64,000 nucleotides of DNA from an uncultured Methanomassiliicoccales archaeon (lineage in GTDB: Archaea; Thermoplasmatota; Thermoplasmata; Methanomassiliicoccales; Methanomethylophilaceae). The stretch's first letter is position 1. Each line of letters starts with the position of its first letter. Of the stretch, positions 42,698 to 51,892 are shown piece by piece. Both the position numbers and the translations under genes were made by a program. The notes beneath the pieces are model-generated. The model was not told the DNA's origin. It searched no databases and worked only from the letters and a program-made list of their open reading frames with translations. The DNA is taken from assembly GCA_949295765.1 (NCBI GenBank), contig CASFMM010000004.1:19252-83251 (forward strand), in the 5' to 3' direction.

Positions 42698-43717
42698 ATG
42701 AACACGAAGCGCGAGATCGTGGATGTTTTCGATGACCAGCCCGGAGACGGGTGTCCGCCTCCCGCGGTGTTCACCCAGACAGGTACCGCAGGTCAGATGA
42801 GGGCCTGCGGGGCGTTCTGGCCGGAAGCCAACTTCGAGGCGGACAAGATGGAGGCCCTGTCTCTCCAGTTCTCGAAGCAGTTCGGCTTCGCGACCGCCAG
42901 GGTGCCGTACTGCCTCACCGTGGAGGCAGAGAGGCTCGGAGCCACCATATTCCAGGGCAGGGACAACTCCCAGCCCAGCGTCAGCGGCTCGCCGTTCATG
43001 ACCGACGACATGGTCCCGGGCCCGGTTCCCGACGACATGATCTCCCCGGAGGAGTTCGTCTCCGGAGGTCGCTGTGCAATGGTCGCCGAGGTCGCGGGAC
43101 GCATCATGAGGGACCACGAGGACCTCTTCGTCACCGCGGGGATGCAGGACCCCGCGTGCGTCGCGGGCCAGATACTCGGTACCGAGAACATGATGATGGG
43201 CTACATGATGGACCCCGACGCGGTCAGGGCGTGGGTCGACGCCATGGTGCCATACACCTGCGCGTACGGGAAGCTTCTGTCGGAGAACGCTGACAACGTG
43301 ACCGTGATCGGGGCCGCGAACACCGACGTCTACTCCCCCGAGATGTACACGGACCTCACGGAGTCCCAGCTCGCCAGGACTCTCGGCTCGATTTCCTGCT
43401 TCAAGACAATCCATTCCTGCGGGAACTCCTTCGATTTCATCGACAGCCTCGTCACCCTCGGTGCGGACGGACTCAGCCTGGAGGCGTCACACGAGACCGG
43501 GATGTACATGGAGAAGGTCGCGGGCCGCTGCAAGATGTTCGGCACCGTGAACCCTGTACAGACGCTTCTGATGGGCTCGCCGGAGGATGTCGTATCCGAG
43601 GCGAGGAGGTCCGCGGATGCCGGTTTCGATATAATCACGCCGGAATGCGGCGTGCCGCCCATGACTCCGGACGCGAACCTGCTGGCACTCTCGCAGTACC
43701 GCGAGCGCCTGTGCTGA
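42698..43717 (+). CDS. MtaA/CmuA-family methylcobamide:CoM methyltransferase (URO-D fold)
   Basis: PP.VFTQTGT, RVPYCLTVEAE.LG, Zn ligands H-S-C and PECG, G.V.PV.TL..G. Confidence 0.85.
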   Translation: MNTKREIVDVFDDQPGDGCPPPAVFTQTGTAGQMRACGAFWPEANFEADKMEALSLQFSKQFGFATARVPYCLTVEAERLGATIFQGRDNSQPSVSGSPFMTDDMVPGPVPDDMISPEEFVSGGRCAMVAEVAGRIMRDHEDLFVTAGMQDPACVAGQILGTENMMMGYMMDPDAVRAWVDAMVPYTCAYGKLLSENADNVTVIGAANTDVYSPEMYTDLTESQLARTLGSISCFKTIHSCGNSFDFIDSLVTLGADGLSLEASHETGMYMEKVAGRCKMFGTVNPVQTLLMGSPEDVVSEARRSADAGFDIITPECGVPPMTPDANLLALSQYRERLC

Positions 43718-43741
43718 TCGGAGAACGATGGTAGGGTTGAG

Positions 43742-43815
43742 TGGGCCCTGCCGGATTTGAACCGACGGCCATCTGGTTATGAGCCAGACGCTCTACCTAG
43801 CTAAGCTAAGAGCCC
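43742..43815 (-). tRNA. tRNA with CAT anticodon (probably tRNA-Ile2; elongator Met not excluded)
   Basis: Reverse complement GGGCTCT...TCTGG-CTCATAA-CCAGA...GGTTCAAATCC...AGGGCCC-A; a GGGC-type acceptor resembles archaeal Ile tRNAs. Confidence 0.9.
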
Positions 43816-43872
43816 GATGAGGCACCCTATATGCGGATTCGTTAAAAAAGTATCGCAGTGTAGAAGGGAGAA

Positions 43873-43948
43873 TGGCGCCGCCGCACGGATTTGAACCGAG
43901 GACCTTGTGATTAACAGTCACACGCTCTACCTACTGAGCTACAGCGGC
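43873..43948 (-). tRNA. tRNA-Asn(GTT)
   Basis: Reverse complement GCCGCTG...TGTGA-CTGTTAA-TCACA...GGTTCAAATCC...CGGCGGC-G-CCA. Confidence 0.95.
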
Positions 43949-44306
43949 TTGTTGTAAGAGTGCGAATGAAGGAGCGCTTCTTGGACTTCTTCTCGGCCTT
44001 CTCGGTGACCTCTCCCTCCTCGAAGTCGAGCTTGCCGTAGTAGATGTCGCGGCACTCGGCCATGCGCTTGCCGATGGACTTGCCCTTGGGGGTGAGCTCG
44101 TAGATCTTCATGAGGCGCCTTCCGGCCTCGAGGTGCATGGTCATGAGGCCCATGTCGACGAGCTGGTCGGCGGTCTTGATGACCGTCTTGTAGTTCTTGG
44201 CGATCCTCAGCATGTCGGTGGCCATGATTTTCTCGTTCTCGTAGACAAGCGCCAGGATGTCCACGGCGTAGCGGCTGGACAGCGGCGACTGGTAATCCGT
44301 CATCAT
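43911..44306 (-). CDS. Small winged-helix HTH protein whose ORF runs into tRNA-Asn
   Basis: MMTDYQSPLSSRYAVDILALVYENEKIMATDM...LVDMGL...KIYELTPKGK.I; the first stop (TAA) lies in the tRNA anticodon loop. Confidence 0.7.
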   Translation of the reverse strand: MMTDYQSPLSSRYAVDILALVYENEKIMATDMLRIAKNYKTVIKTADQLVDMGLMTMHLEAGRRLMKIYELTPKGKSIGKRMAECRDIYYGKLDFEEGEVTEKAEKKSKKRSFIRTLTTSRCSSVGRACDC

Positions 44307-44468
44307 GGTTTCTAAGTAGCACTTGATGCTATTTAGGCGTAAGGGATGGACCTTGCCCCATCGATGCGGACAGCACATGCCCGTTCGAGCATCAAAGCCC
44401 CTTTATTACGCGGGCTCGCGCGAGCGCACGAATTTATATCTCGGTCTGTAATGCGTCACACGGTCCAC

Positions 44469-45710
44469 ATGATCGTTGATGTGAAGTACGGCAAGGACGG
44501 GGTCCAGAAGGTTGAGATCCCCGACCAGAACTATATCGGCACGTTCTACCCCAAGGACGTCGAGTGCGGAGACCCCGACGAGGTCATCGGAGAGTCCATC
44601 GACAACCCCATCGGCTACGAGTCGATGGAGGATTTCCTGAAAGGCGGGGAGGACATAGTCTTCATCGTCAACGACGGAACCCGCCCCACGCCCACCGCGA
44701 AGGTCCTGGACGCCCTCTCCAAGAGGATGGACCTCAGGTCCGCCAGGTACCTCATCGCCACCGGGACCCACAGGGACATGACCCCCGAGGAGTACGACTT
44801 CGTGTTCGGCTCCCACTACGAGGAGCTCAAGGACCGCATCATCTGCCACGACGCCAAGAACTCGGAGTGCGTCTACCTCGGAGCGTCCAAGAACGGCACG
44901 CCCATGGAGGTCAACAAGGTGGCCGTGGACGCGGACAGGCTGATCATCATCACATCCGTGGAGCCCCACTACTTCGCAGGATACACCGGCGGGAGGAAGT
45001 CCTTCCTGCCCGGGGTCGCGTCCTACAAGACGATCGAGGCCAACCACAAGCTCGCCATGAGCATGGAGGCCCAGTCCCTGGCCCTCAAGGGCAACCCGGT
45101 CCACGAGGACATGATGGACGCCCTGGAGGTCGTGAAGGACAAGGCGATATTCTCGATCCAGATGGTCCTCGACAGGCACCAGAACATCTACAAGGTGGCC
45201 TCCGGAGCCCTCAACCCCGCCTTCGAGAAGGCGGTCGGATGGGCCAACGAGGTGTTCTCCGTCCCCATCCCCGAGAAGGCGGATGTCGTCATATCCGTGG
45301 CGCCGTACCCCATGGACGTCGACCTCTACCAGTCCCAGAAGGCCCTGGACAACGGGAAGTGGGCCCTCAAGGAGGGCGGGAAGATCATCATGGTCTCCAA
45401 GTGCAGGGAGGGCATCGGCCACGCCACCTTCCTCACCCAGCTGTCGAGCTCCAAGGACCCGAAGCAGGTCCTTGAGAACCTCAAGGCCGAGTACAAGCTC
45501 GGCTACCACAAGGCCGCCAAGATGGCGGAGATCGCGACCTGGGCGTCCATCTGGGCCGTCACGGACCTGGACCCCGAGCTGCTCAGGAACGCCAACATCA
45601 CCCCGTTCCCGTCCGTCGCCGACGCGATGGCGGAGGCGTTCAGGGAGAACCCCGACGCCAGGGTGATGGTGCTCATGGACGGTAGCGTCACAATACCGAG
45701 GTTGGAATGA
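44469..45710 (+). CDS. larA: Nickel-pincer (NPN)-dependent lactate racemase family protein
   Basis: NDGTRPTPT, IATGTHR, HD, PHYFAGYTGGRKS.LPG, NPVHEDM, DLYQSQKA, C.EG.G. Confidence 0.88.
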   Translation: MIVDVKYGKDGVQKVEIPDQNYIGTFYPKDVECGDPDEVIGESIDNPIGYESMEDFLKGGEDIVFIVNDGTRPTPTAKVLDALSKRMDLRSARYLIATGTHRDMTPEEYDFVFGSHYEELKDRIICHDAKNSECVYLGASKNGTPMEVNKVAVDADRLIIITSVEPHYFAGYTGGRKSFLPGVASYKTIEANHKLAMSMEAQSLALKGNPVHEDMMDALEVVKDKAIFSIQMVLDRHQNIYKVASGALNPAFEKAVGWANEVFSVPIPEKADVVISVAPYPMDVDLYQSQKALDNGKWALKEGGKIIMVSKCREGIGHATFLTQLSSSKDPKQVLENLKAEYKLGYHKAAKMAEIATWASIWAVTDLDPELLRNANITPFPSVADAMAEAFRENPDARVMVLMDGSVTIPRLE

Positions 45711-46807
45711 ACATGTCGGAATTCAAGGTAGACAAACTCGAGGAGGTAAGGAAGGCTGTAAACTGCTGCACCATGTGCGGCTTCTGCAAGAGCGTCTGTC
45801 CCTCCTTCAAATCGATCGGATGGGATTCGGCCCTCTCCAGGGGACGCATCGTGCTCACATACGGCCTGCTCACAGGCGACCTCCAGCCCGACGAGTCCCT
45901 GGTCAGGAACATGTACACCTGCACCACCTGCGCGGACTGCGTCCGCAGGTGCCCCTCCAAGGTCGAGATCGTCGACATCATCGAGATGTGCCGCGCCGAC
46001 CTCGTGAAGGCGGGCTGCATCCTCCCCAAGCACAAGGCCATGTGCGAGAACATCCTCGCCGACGGCAACCCGTTCGGGGAGAAGGCGTCCAGGGAGGAGG
46101 CTCTCGGCAAGAAGCCCCACAGCGCAAAGGTCGGATACTTCGCCGGTTGCACCGCGACCTACAGGTCCAAGGAGACCGCCAGGGCGACCATGTCCATCCT
46201 GGACAAGCTCGGCGTCGACTACACCACCCTCGACGAGACCTGCTGCGGCTCCGTCATGCAGAGGGTCGGATGGCCCCAGGAGGACGTCACCAAGCTGATG
46301 CAGAAGAACGTCGAGGCCATCAAGGCCATGGGGGTCGAGACCCTCGTCCTCTCCTGCGCCGGATGCTACAGGATGTTCAAGATCGAGTATCCCAAGTACG
46401 TCGAGGTGCCCTTCGAGGTCCTGCACATCACAGAGTATCTCGCCAAGACCGACCTGAAGCTCAAGCCCATGTCCGGTGTGGTCACGTACCACGACCCCTG
46501 CCATCTCGGAAGGCACTGCGGAGTCTACGAGCCCCCGAGGGAGGTCATCGCCAAGATCCCCGGCATCGAGTTCAGGGAGATGGACTTCAACAGGAAGACC
46601 AGCCACTGCTGCGGAGGCGGCGGAGGCGTCAGGTCCGCGTACCCGGAGGAGTCCATGGACATCGCCGGCACCAGGCTGGACGAGGCGTCCTTCGCGGACG
46701 TCATAATCACCACCTGCCCCTTCTGTGTCAACAACCTCGACGCCGCGAAGGGCGACAGGAAGATCCAGGTGAGGGACCTCGTCGAGATCATCGACGAGCT
46801 CCTCTGA
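45707..46807 (+). CDS. HdrD/GlcF-like Fe-S protein (2x[4Fe-4S] plus CCG), translationally coupled to larA
   Basis: CTMCGFCKSVCP, CTTCADCVRRCP, YFAGC, CCGS, CAGC, YHDPCHLGRH, CCGGGGG, TCPFC; ATGA overlap. Confidence 0.88.
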   Translation: MNMSEFKVDKLEEVRKAVNCCTMCGFCKSVCPSFKSIGWDSALSRGRIVLTYGLLTGDLQPDESLVRNMYTCTTCADCVRRCPSKVEIVDIIEMCRADLVKAGCILPKHKAMCENILADGNPFGEKASREEALGKKPHSAKVGYFAGCTATYRSKETARATMSILDKLGVDYTTLDETCCGSVMQRVGWPQEDVTKLMQKNVEAIKAMGVETLVLSCAGCYRMFKIEYPKYVEVPFEVLHITEYLAKTDLKLKPMSGVVTYHDPCHLGRHCGVYEPPREVIAKIPGIEFREMDFNRKTSHCCGGGGGVRSAYPEESMDIAGTRLDEASFADVIITTCPFCVNNLDAAKGDRKIQVRDLVEIIDELL

Positions 46808-46820
46808 AACCCCTTCGGAA

Positions 46821-47624
46821 ATGCAGTTCTCACCGAGGAGGCCCCCGGGAGGGGGCCCCCTCATCATGGGGATTCTCAACGTGACCCCCGACTCCTTCTC
46901 GGACGGGGGCCTCTGGAACGATCCGGAGCGTGCCGTCGCTCATGCGGTGGAGATGGCGGAGCAGGGCGCGTCGATCATAGACGTCGGAGCCGAGTCCACC
47001 CGTCCCGGGTCCTCCCCGGTGTCCGCGGAGGAGGAGATCCGTCGTCTGAAGCCCGTTCTCAGGGAGCTCATCCCCGTGATGGACGTCCCCGTGTCGGTGG
47101 ACACCATGAAGCCCGAGGTGGCCGAGGTCTGCGTGTCCATGGGCGCCGACATCATCAACGACGTCAACGGCCTCCGTGCGCCGGGGATGGCAGAGGTCTG
47201 CGCGTCAGCCGGGGTGCATGTCGTGATAATGCATGTGCCCGGTCCCGTGGAGTCGGTGCATTCGGGGTGCATGGGGGACGGGTTCGCCCAGGAGATCAGG
47301 GACACGCTGAGACTTCTCACGGCATCGGCGCTGGATGCGGGGATCGACGGGTCGAAGGTGATCCTTGATCCCGGCATAGGGTTCGGGAAGACGTCCCAGC
47401 AGAACATGTGGCTCCTGACGCACAGCTCCTACTTCTCCGACGGCTATCCCGTGCTCTCGGCATCGTCCCGCAAGAGGTTCCTCGCCGAGATGTTCCCGGG
47501 GATGGACAGGGACGAGGCTTCCGTTGCAGCCGCGGTCAGGGCCGCGGAGTCCGGTGCGGACATCGTGAGGGTCCACGACGTCGCCGGAGTCGCCCGGGCC
47601 ATGGAAGGCCGTTTCAGTAGATGA
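46821..47624 (+). CDS. folP: Dihydropteroate synthase
   Basis: IMGILNVTPDSFSDGG, IIDVGAESTRPG, SVDT.K, INDV, DPGIGFGK, SRK.F, IVRVHDV. Confidence 0.93.
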   Translation: MQFSPRRPPGGGPLIMGILNVTPDSFSDGGLWNDPERAVAHAVEMAEQGASIIDVGAESTRPGSSPVSAEEEIRRLKPVLRELIPVMDVPVSVDTMKPEVAEVCVSMGADIINDVNGLRAPGMAEVCASAGVHVVIMHVPGPVESVHSGCMGDGFAQEIRDTLRLLTASALDAGIDGSKVILDPGIGFGKTSQQNMWLLTHSSYFSDGYPVLSASSRKRFLAEMFPGMDRDEASVAAAVRAAESGADIVRVHDVAGVARAMEGRFSR

Positions 47625-47820
47625 TCATCCCGGCAGCCACGATGACCACGATCGCGACGCCTGCGCTGACGTAGAAAAGGAGGTCCCTGCGCTTCTCCTT
47701 GGCCACGCGCTCGGCCTCGCCCCTCCTGCAGTCCTCGTCGCAGTACTCCTCACCGAACGGGACGGGGTCCCCGCAGAACTTGCAGTGGGAGTGTTCCGGC
47801 AATCTGATGCCTGCTGCCAT
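47614..47820 (-). CDS. DUF2116-like Zn-ribbon membrane protein
   Basis: H.HCKFCG.P.P....YC...C followed by a TM helix. Confidence 0.75.
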   Translation of the reverse strand: MAAGIRLPEHSHCKFCGDPVPFGEEYCDEDCRRGEAERVAKEKRRDLLFYVSAGVAIVVIVAAGMIIY

Positions 47821-47920
47821 GGGTCGGACATTAGACTCGCTAGTAATTAAAGCGTAGCTAATCTCCTTTTATTCCGGTGAACCGTCTGAAGCGTGCCGCA
47901 CGTGTGCGGCGGGTGAGGAA

Positions 47921-48166
47921 ATGGTGAGGTTCACGTTATTCTGCAGGGATCGCGGGTCCAGGATGAGGATGGAGTTCCCGGACGACGACAGGGTCTGGGA
48001 GATAGACGAGGCCGTGAGGGAGACGCTCGGGTGCGAGGAGTTCATGCTGCGGAACGGCTACAGCCTTCTGGATCCCGGGCTCTGCGTCGGGGACTCGATC
48101 TCCGACGGCGACATGGTCGAGGTCATCCCCGACCCCGAAGCGTATTTCACCGGAGTCTCCCTTTGA
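47921..48166 (+). CDS. Ubiquitin-like (beta-grasp) small protein without a C-terminal GG
   Basis: beta-beta-alpha-beta pattern; LRNGYSLLDPGLCVGDSISDGDMVEVIP resembles the ubiquitin G-x-x-L...L.D..I..G..L.L signature. Confidence 0.5.
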   Translation: MVRFTLFCRDRGSRMRMEFPDDDRVWEIDEAVRETLGCEEFMLRNGYSLLDPGLCVGDSISDGDMVEVIPDPEAYFTGVSL

Positions 48167-48172
48167 CGTGCC

Positions 48173-48520
48173 ATGAGCGGGATCAGAGCCGGAGCGGACG
48201 TGGTGATGACATCCGTAGCCGTCGAGACGCTGGTGTCGGCGGCGGAGGACGGTGTCGGATGCGCATGGATCCTGGGAAGGGTCGAGAACGACGGTTCGGG
48301 GCGGTACTACGTCATGGACGGTCGCGGGGACGTCCGCATAGGGATGTCCGCGGTGTGCGATGAAGGCGGAACAGACCCGGACGACGGCATCCTGAGCCTG
48401 TTCGGCGAGTCGTTCCGCGACGGCGTCCTGATGGTCGTCGACCCGTACGCGGGCGAGTTCGCCCTGTACGTCTCGGAGGGCGGGGACGTCAGGAAAGCGG
48501 TCGCCGTGATGTCCGAATGA
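48173..48520 (+). CDS. Degenerate MPN/JAB-like domain protein (tentative)
   Basis: Initial beta/helix, WILG, RIG, then GVLMVVDP...ALY as in the MPN fold; no HxH...S..D metal motif. Confidence 0.4.
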   Translation: MSGIRAGADVVMTSVAVETLVSAAEDGVGCAWILGRVENDGSGRYYVMDGRGDVRIGMSAVCDEGGTDPDDGILSLFGESFRDGVLMVVDPYAGEFALYVSEGGDVRKAVAVMSE

Positions 48521-48523
48521 TCC

Positions 48524-49072
48524 TCAGACCCAGATGGCGTGCCTTTTCCTCATGTCCTCCTCGGTGCTGCCGGTACGGGACATGAGCTCGCTGATTATGC
48601 AGTCGAAGAACAGAAGCGTGGCGTCCTCGAAGACGGTCCCCAGCGGTGCGGCCCTCTTGAGCTCGTCGCCCTGCGGTACGTCCATCACCACGGAGACGTC
48701 GGAGACGTTGGTGAGCGGACTGCCGGGGGTTCCGGTCACGCAGATGATGCGGGACCCTATCCTCTTGGCGATCTGGGCGGTCTGAACCACCGACGAGGTC
48801 CTTCCGGTGTAGGAGACCAGTATGGTCAGGTCCTCCTTCCCGATGATCGGGGTGGTCATCTCGCCGACGAAATGCACGTCGTACCCGAGCTGGACCAGAC
48901 GGACCGCGAAGAGCTGCCCCACCAGCCCGGACCTCCCGGACCCGTAGACGAAGATCTTGCGCCCTTTCTGTATGCCCTCGACCAGGGCCTCCCTTGATGC
49001 GGGGTCCACGGACCCGACCGCGGAACGGCAGCTGACGAGGATCGTCTCGAGGGATGTGTCCAAATCACTCAC
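48524..49072 (-). CDS. 6-phospho-3-hexuloisomerase-like SIS-domain protein
   Basis: IFVYGSGRSGLVG..FA.RL.QLG, SYTGRT, PLGT.FE. Confidence 0.85.
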   Translation of the reverse strand: MSDLDTSLETILVSCRSAVGSVDPASREALVEGIQKGRKIFVYGSGRSGLVGQLFAVRLVQLGYDVHFVGEMTTPIIGKEDLTILVSYTGRTSSVVQTAQIAKRIGSRIICVTGTPGSPLTNVSDVSVVMDVPQGDELKRAAPLGTVFEDATLLFFDCIISELMSRTGSTEEDMRKRHAIWV

Positions 49073-50111
49073 CAGCGGAGGCCGCGGCGCTGGCCTCGGC
49101 CTTTCTCCTTTCCTTGAGGTCCTTTGCGACCTTCTTGCTGAGGACCCTCTCGTGGATGACCCTCATGTAGACCGCGTCGTGCTCCAGGAGCGGGGATGTG
49201 GAGATGACTGTGCAGTTGGGCTTCATCTCGATCAGGGCCTCCGCGAGGGGCTCGAACTTGAGGTCCCCTTTCTTGATGGGGGTGAGCCTCCTCTCGTTGC
49301 CGTCGAGGTAGTCGACACCGGCGAACGCGGTGTGTATCCTGCCGTCGCTGAGGGGTTCGACGACCTCCAGGACGTTCAGGAAGTCGTCCATCTCGATGAG
49401 CGAGCCGTTGGTGCGGGAGTGGAGGTGGGAGAAGTTGACAACGGGGGTGAGGCCGTCGATCTGCTCGCAGATGTCCAGGACCTGGTCCAGGGATCCGAAG
49501 ACATCCTGCTGTCCGGTAATCTCTATGCCGAGCCTCGGTTTGAGGCCGTTGCCCTGCCACCAGTCCATGAGGTCGGCGACGTTGCTGTAGATGTGGTCGT
49601 CGATGTCCTCGGGGTCGCGCTTCCCGTCGTAGAGTCCGAGGTTGGTGACGACGATGTCGCCGTCCAGGGCGTTCATGATGAGGCCGGCGTACCTGATGCT
49701 GTTCATGCACTCCATGGCGAGCTCGTCGTCGGACCCGAGGTCCATGTAGTACGGGGTGTGGATGGACATGTTGACGTCCAGTCTCTTGGCCATCTCGCCG
49801 ATGGGGTACAGGTCTCCGAACGTGGAGGCCACGCCTGAGGGCATGTAGACGAGGTCGTCGTCCTCCTCGATGGGTTCGTCGGGGTCGCAGATGGACTCCC
49901 CGTCCCTGAGAATCTCGATCACGAAGTCCTCCTCGATGTCCTTCAGGGTCATTCCGACCTCCTCGTCCTCCGGGGGCCTGGGGTAGGCGCCCGCACGCAC
50001 AAGCTGGATCTCCAGTGCTCCGAGGCTGAGGTTGTGGACGTCTTCTATGCCGTCCTCGAGGGTACGACCTTTGCATGACAGAGGGATTCCTGCGGGACCG
50101 AACCTTATCAT
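49069..50111 (-). CDS. Second endonuclease IV-like TIM-barrel protein with acidic insertion
   Basis: MIRFGPAGIP, SIHTPYY..L, GIE.TG....FGSLD, NFSHLHSR, HTAFAG, ISTSPLLEHDA. Confidence 0.75.
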
Positions 50112-50403
50112 ATAAATCAAGGCGGGGAAGCGCACCCACCTATTAAATTATAGTGGGGGCGCCCGCACGTGCGCGTGCCGTCCCAACATACGTCCATCGG
50201 TCATGTTTTTCGGGCATCTGGCACATGTCCGATCCGACGTCGGGGCGCGAGGCCGTCGTCGTGCCCGGGCCGCGGCAACACGCGTTCGGTTCCTCCTTCT
50301 ATATATTCCAAGGATGTGTCCGCTCGAGCATACCTTTATAAATAAGTCCCGTATAGCGAGCCCTCACGAAACCGTTTACCGAAATGTCGGGAGAGTCAGA
50401 AAT

Positions 50404-50778
50404 ATGAAGAGCTGCAAGACAAATCCCCAGCTCATCGCCACCATCGACACGCTGAAGGCGAAGACTATGAAGGCGAAGACTAGGGAGACAGAAGCTGCCA
50501 TCTGGCGAGACATCGCGCTTAGGCTCGAGAAACCCAAGAGGAACTGGGCCGAAGCGAATCTCAGCAAACTGGAGAGGTACGCACAGGACGGGGAGACCAT
50601 CGTCGTCCCCGGGAAAGTCCTCGCCGCAGGCAACATCAGCAAGAAGATCACAGTCGCCGCGTACGACTTCTCGGACGCTGCCGCCAAGGCCATCGTGGCC
50701 GCCGGCGGGAAGACGCTCACACTCGAGGAGCTGGCTGAGGCCAACCCCAAGGGAACCGGCGTCAGGATCATGAGGTGA
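50404..50778 (+). CDS. rpl18e: 50S ribosomal protein L18e
   Basis: KTNP.L, IWRDIA.RL.KP, NLSKL.RY, VVPGKVL..G, VAA..FS..A...I...GG. Confidence 0.95.
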   Translation: MKSCKTNPQLIATIDTLKAKTMKAKTRETEAAIWRDIALRLEKPKRNWAEANLSKLERYAQDGETIVVPGKVLAAGNISKKITVAAYDFSDAAAKAIVAAGGKTLTLEELAEANPKGTGVRIMR

Positions 50779-50783
50779 TTCGG

Positions 50784-51209
50784 ATGGTTACAGTAATCGA
50801 CGGAAGGAACCTGATCCACGGAAGGCTGGCCAGTGTGGTCGCCGAGAGGATCATGGATGGAGAGGAGATCGTTGTCCTCAACGCCGAGGCCATCGTCATC
50901 ACCGGTGTCAAGGAGCAGGTCTTCGCCGACTTCAAGGCGAAGGTCGACCGCGGAGACACCACCAAGAGGAAGGGACCCTTCTACCCCCGCAGGGCGGACC
51001 TCCTGTTCAAGAGGTGCGTCAGGGGAATGATCCCTTGGACCAGCACCTCCGGAAGGGAGGCCTACAGGAGGCTCCACGTCTTCGTCGGCACCCCCAAGCA
51101 GTTCCAGGACTGCGAGAAGGAGAGGCCCGAGGAGGCCTGCAGGAAGATCACCGGCAAATACACGACCCTGGGAGCCGTTTCCAAATTCCTGGGTTCCAAC
51201 GTGAGATGA
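50784..51209 (+). CDS. rpl13: 50S ribosomal protein L13
   Basis: VIDG.NLI.GRLAS.VA, VLNAE...ITG, GPFYPRR.D..F.R.VRGM.P. Confidence 0.95.
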   Translation: MVTVIDGRNLIHGRLASVVAERIMDGEEIVVLNAEAIVITGVKEQVFADFKAKVDRGDTTKRKGPFYPRRADLLFKRCVRGMIPWTSTSGREAYRRLHVFVGTPKQFQDCEKERPEEACRKITGKYTTLGAVSKFLGSNVR

Positions 51210-51213
51210 TCCC

Positions 51214-51615
51214 ATGGTTGAGTGCGTGAACACAAGCGGAAAGAGGAAGACCGCCATCGCCAGAGCCACCGTCAAAGAGGGCTCCGGCAGGGTGACCATC
51301 AACAAGATCCCCATCGAGGTCTTCACACCCGAGCTGGCTAGGCTCAAGATCGAGGAGCCTCTGGGACTCGTTCCCGAGAAGGCCGAGAAGGTCGACATCT
51401 CCGTCACCGTCAACGGCGGAGGCGTCATGGGACAGGCTGCTGCCGCCAGGACCGCCATCGCCAGGGGACTCGTCGAGTTCTACCAGGACGAGGAGCTCGA
51501 GGCCATCTTCAGGGCCTACGACAGGACGCTCATCATCAACGATGACAGGCGCAAGCTCCCCAAGAACCCGCTCGGACCCGGTGCCCGTGCCAAGAAGCAG
51601 AAGTCCTACCGTTGA
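51214..51615 (+). CDS. rps9: 30S ribosomal protein S9
   Basis: GKRKTAIARA, GGG..GQA.A.R.AIARGL, YDR.L...D.RRK.PK...GPGARA..QKSYR. Confidence 0.96.
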   Translation: MVECVNTSGKRKTAIARATVKEGSGRVTINKIPIEVFTPELARLKIEEPLGLVPEKAEKVDISVTVNGGGVMGQAAAARTAIARGLVEFYQDEELEAIFRAYDRTLIINDDRRKLPKNPLGPGARAKKQKSYR

Positions 51616-51624
51616 GGTGCTGAT

Positions 51625-51816
51625 ATGATAATTCCTGTGAGATGCTTCACATGCGGAAGGGTCGTCGGATCGGCGTATCCCGAGTACGTGAAACGCGTGA
51701 GCATGGGCGAGGACCCGAAGACGGTCCTCGACGACCTCGGATTCGAGAGGTACTGCTGCCGCAGGATGATCGTATCCCACGCCGACCTCATCGGAGAGAT
51801 TGCTCCGCTCGGATGA
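51625..51816 (+). CDS. rpoN: DNA-directed RNA polymerase subunit N (Rpo10)
   Basis: [11 protein letters not shown]...LDDLG..RYCCRRM..SH. Confidence 0.96.
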   Translation: MIIPVRCFTCGRVVGSAYPEYVKRVSMGEDPKTVLDDLGFERYCCRRMIVSHADLIGEIAPLG

Positions 51817-51892
51817 AACTCCAGTCGGGGCGGGCGCAACGCCTGTCCCGGCGTCAACTTTTTAAACCAAAACTTATTCCCCCGTTTCACAC

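Noticed and set aside
50164-50177. Short RY-alternating stretch GCACGTGCGCGTGC upstream of the rpl18e operon
   Set aside because: Only 14 bp and far from the TATA box; within chance expectation, unlike the 37-bp gyrB tract
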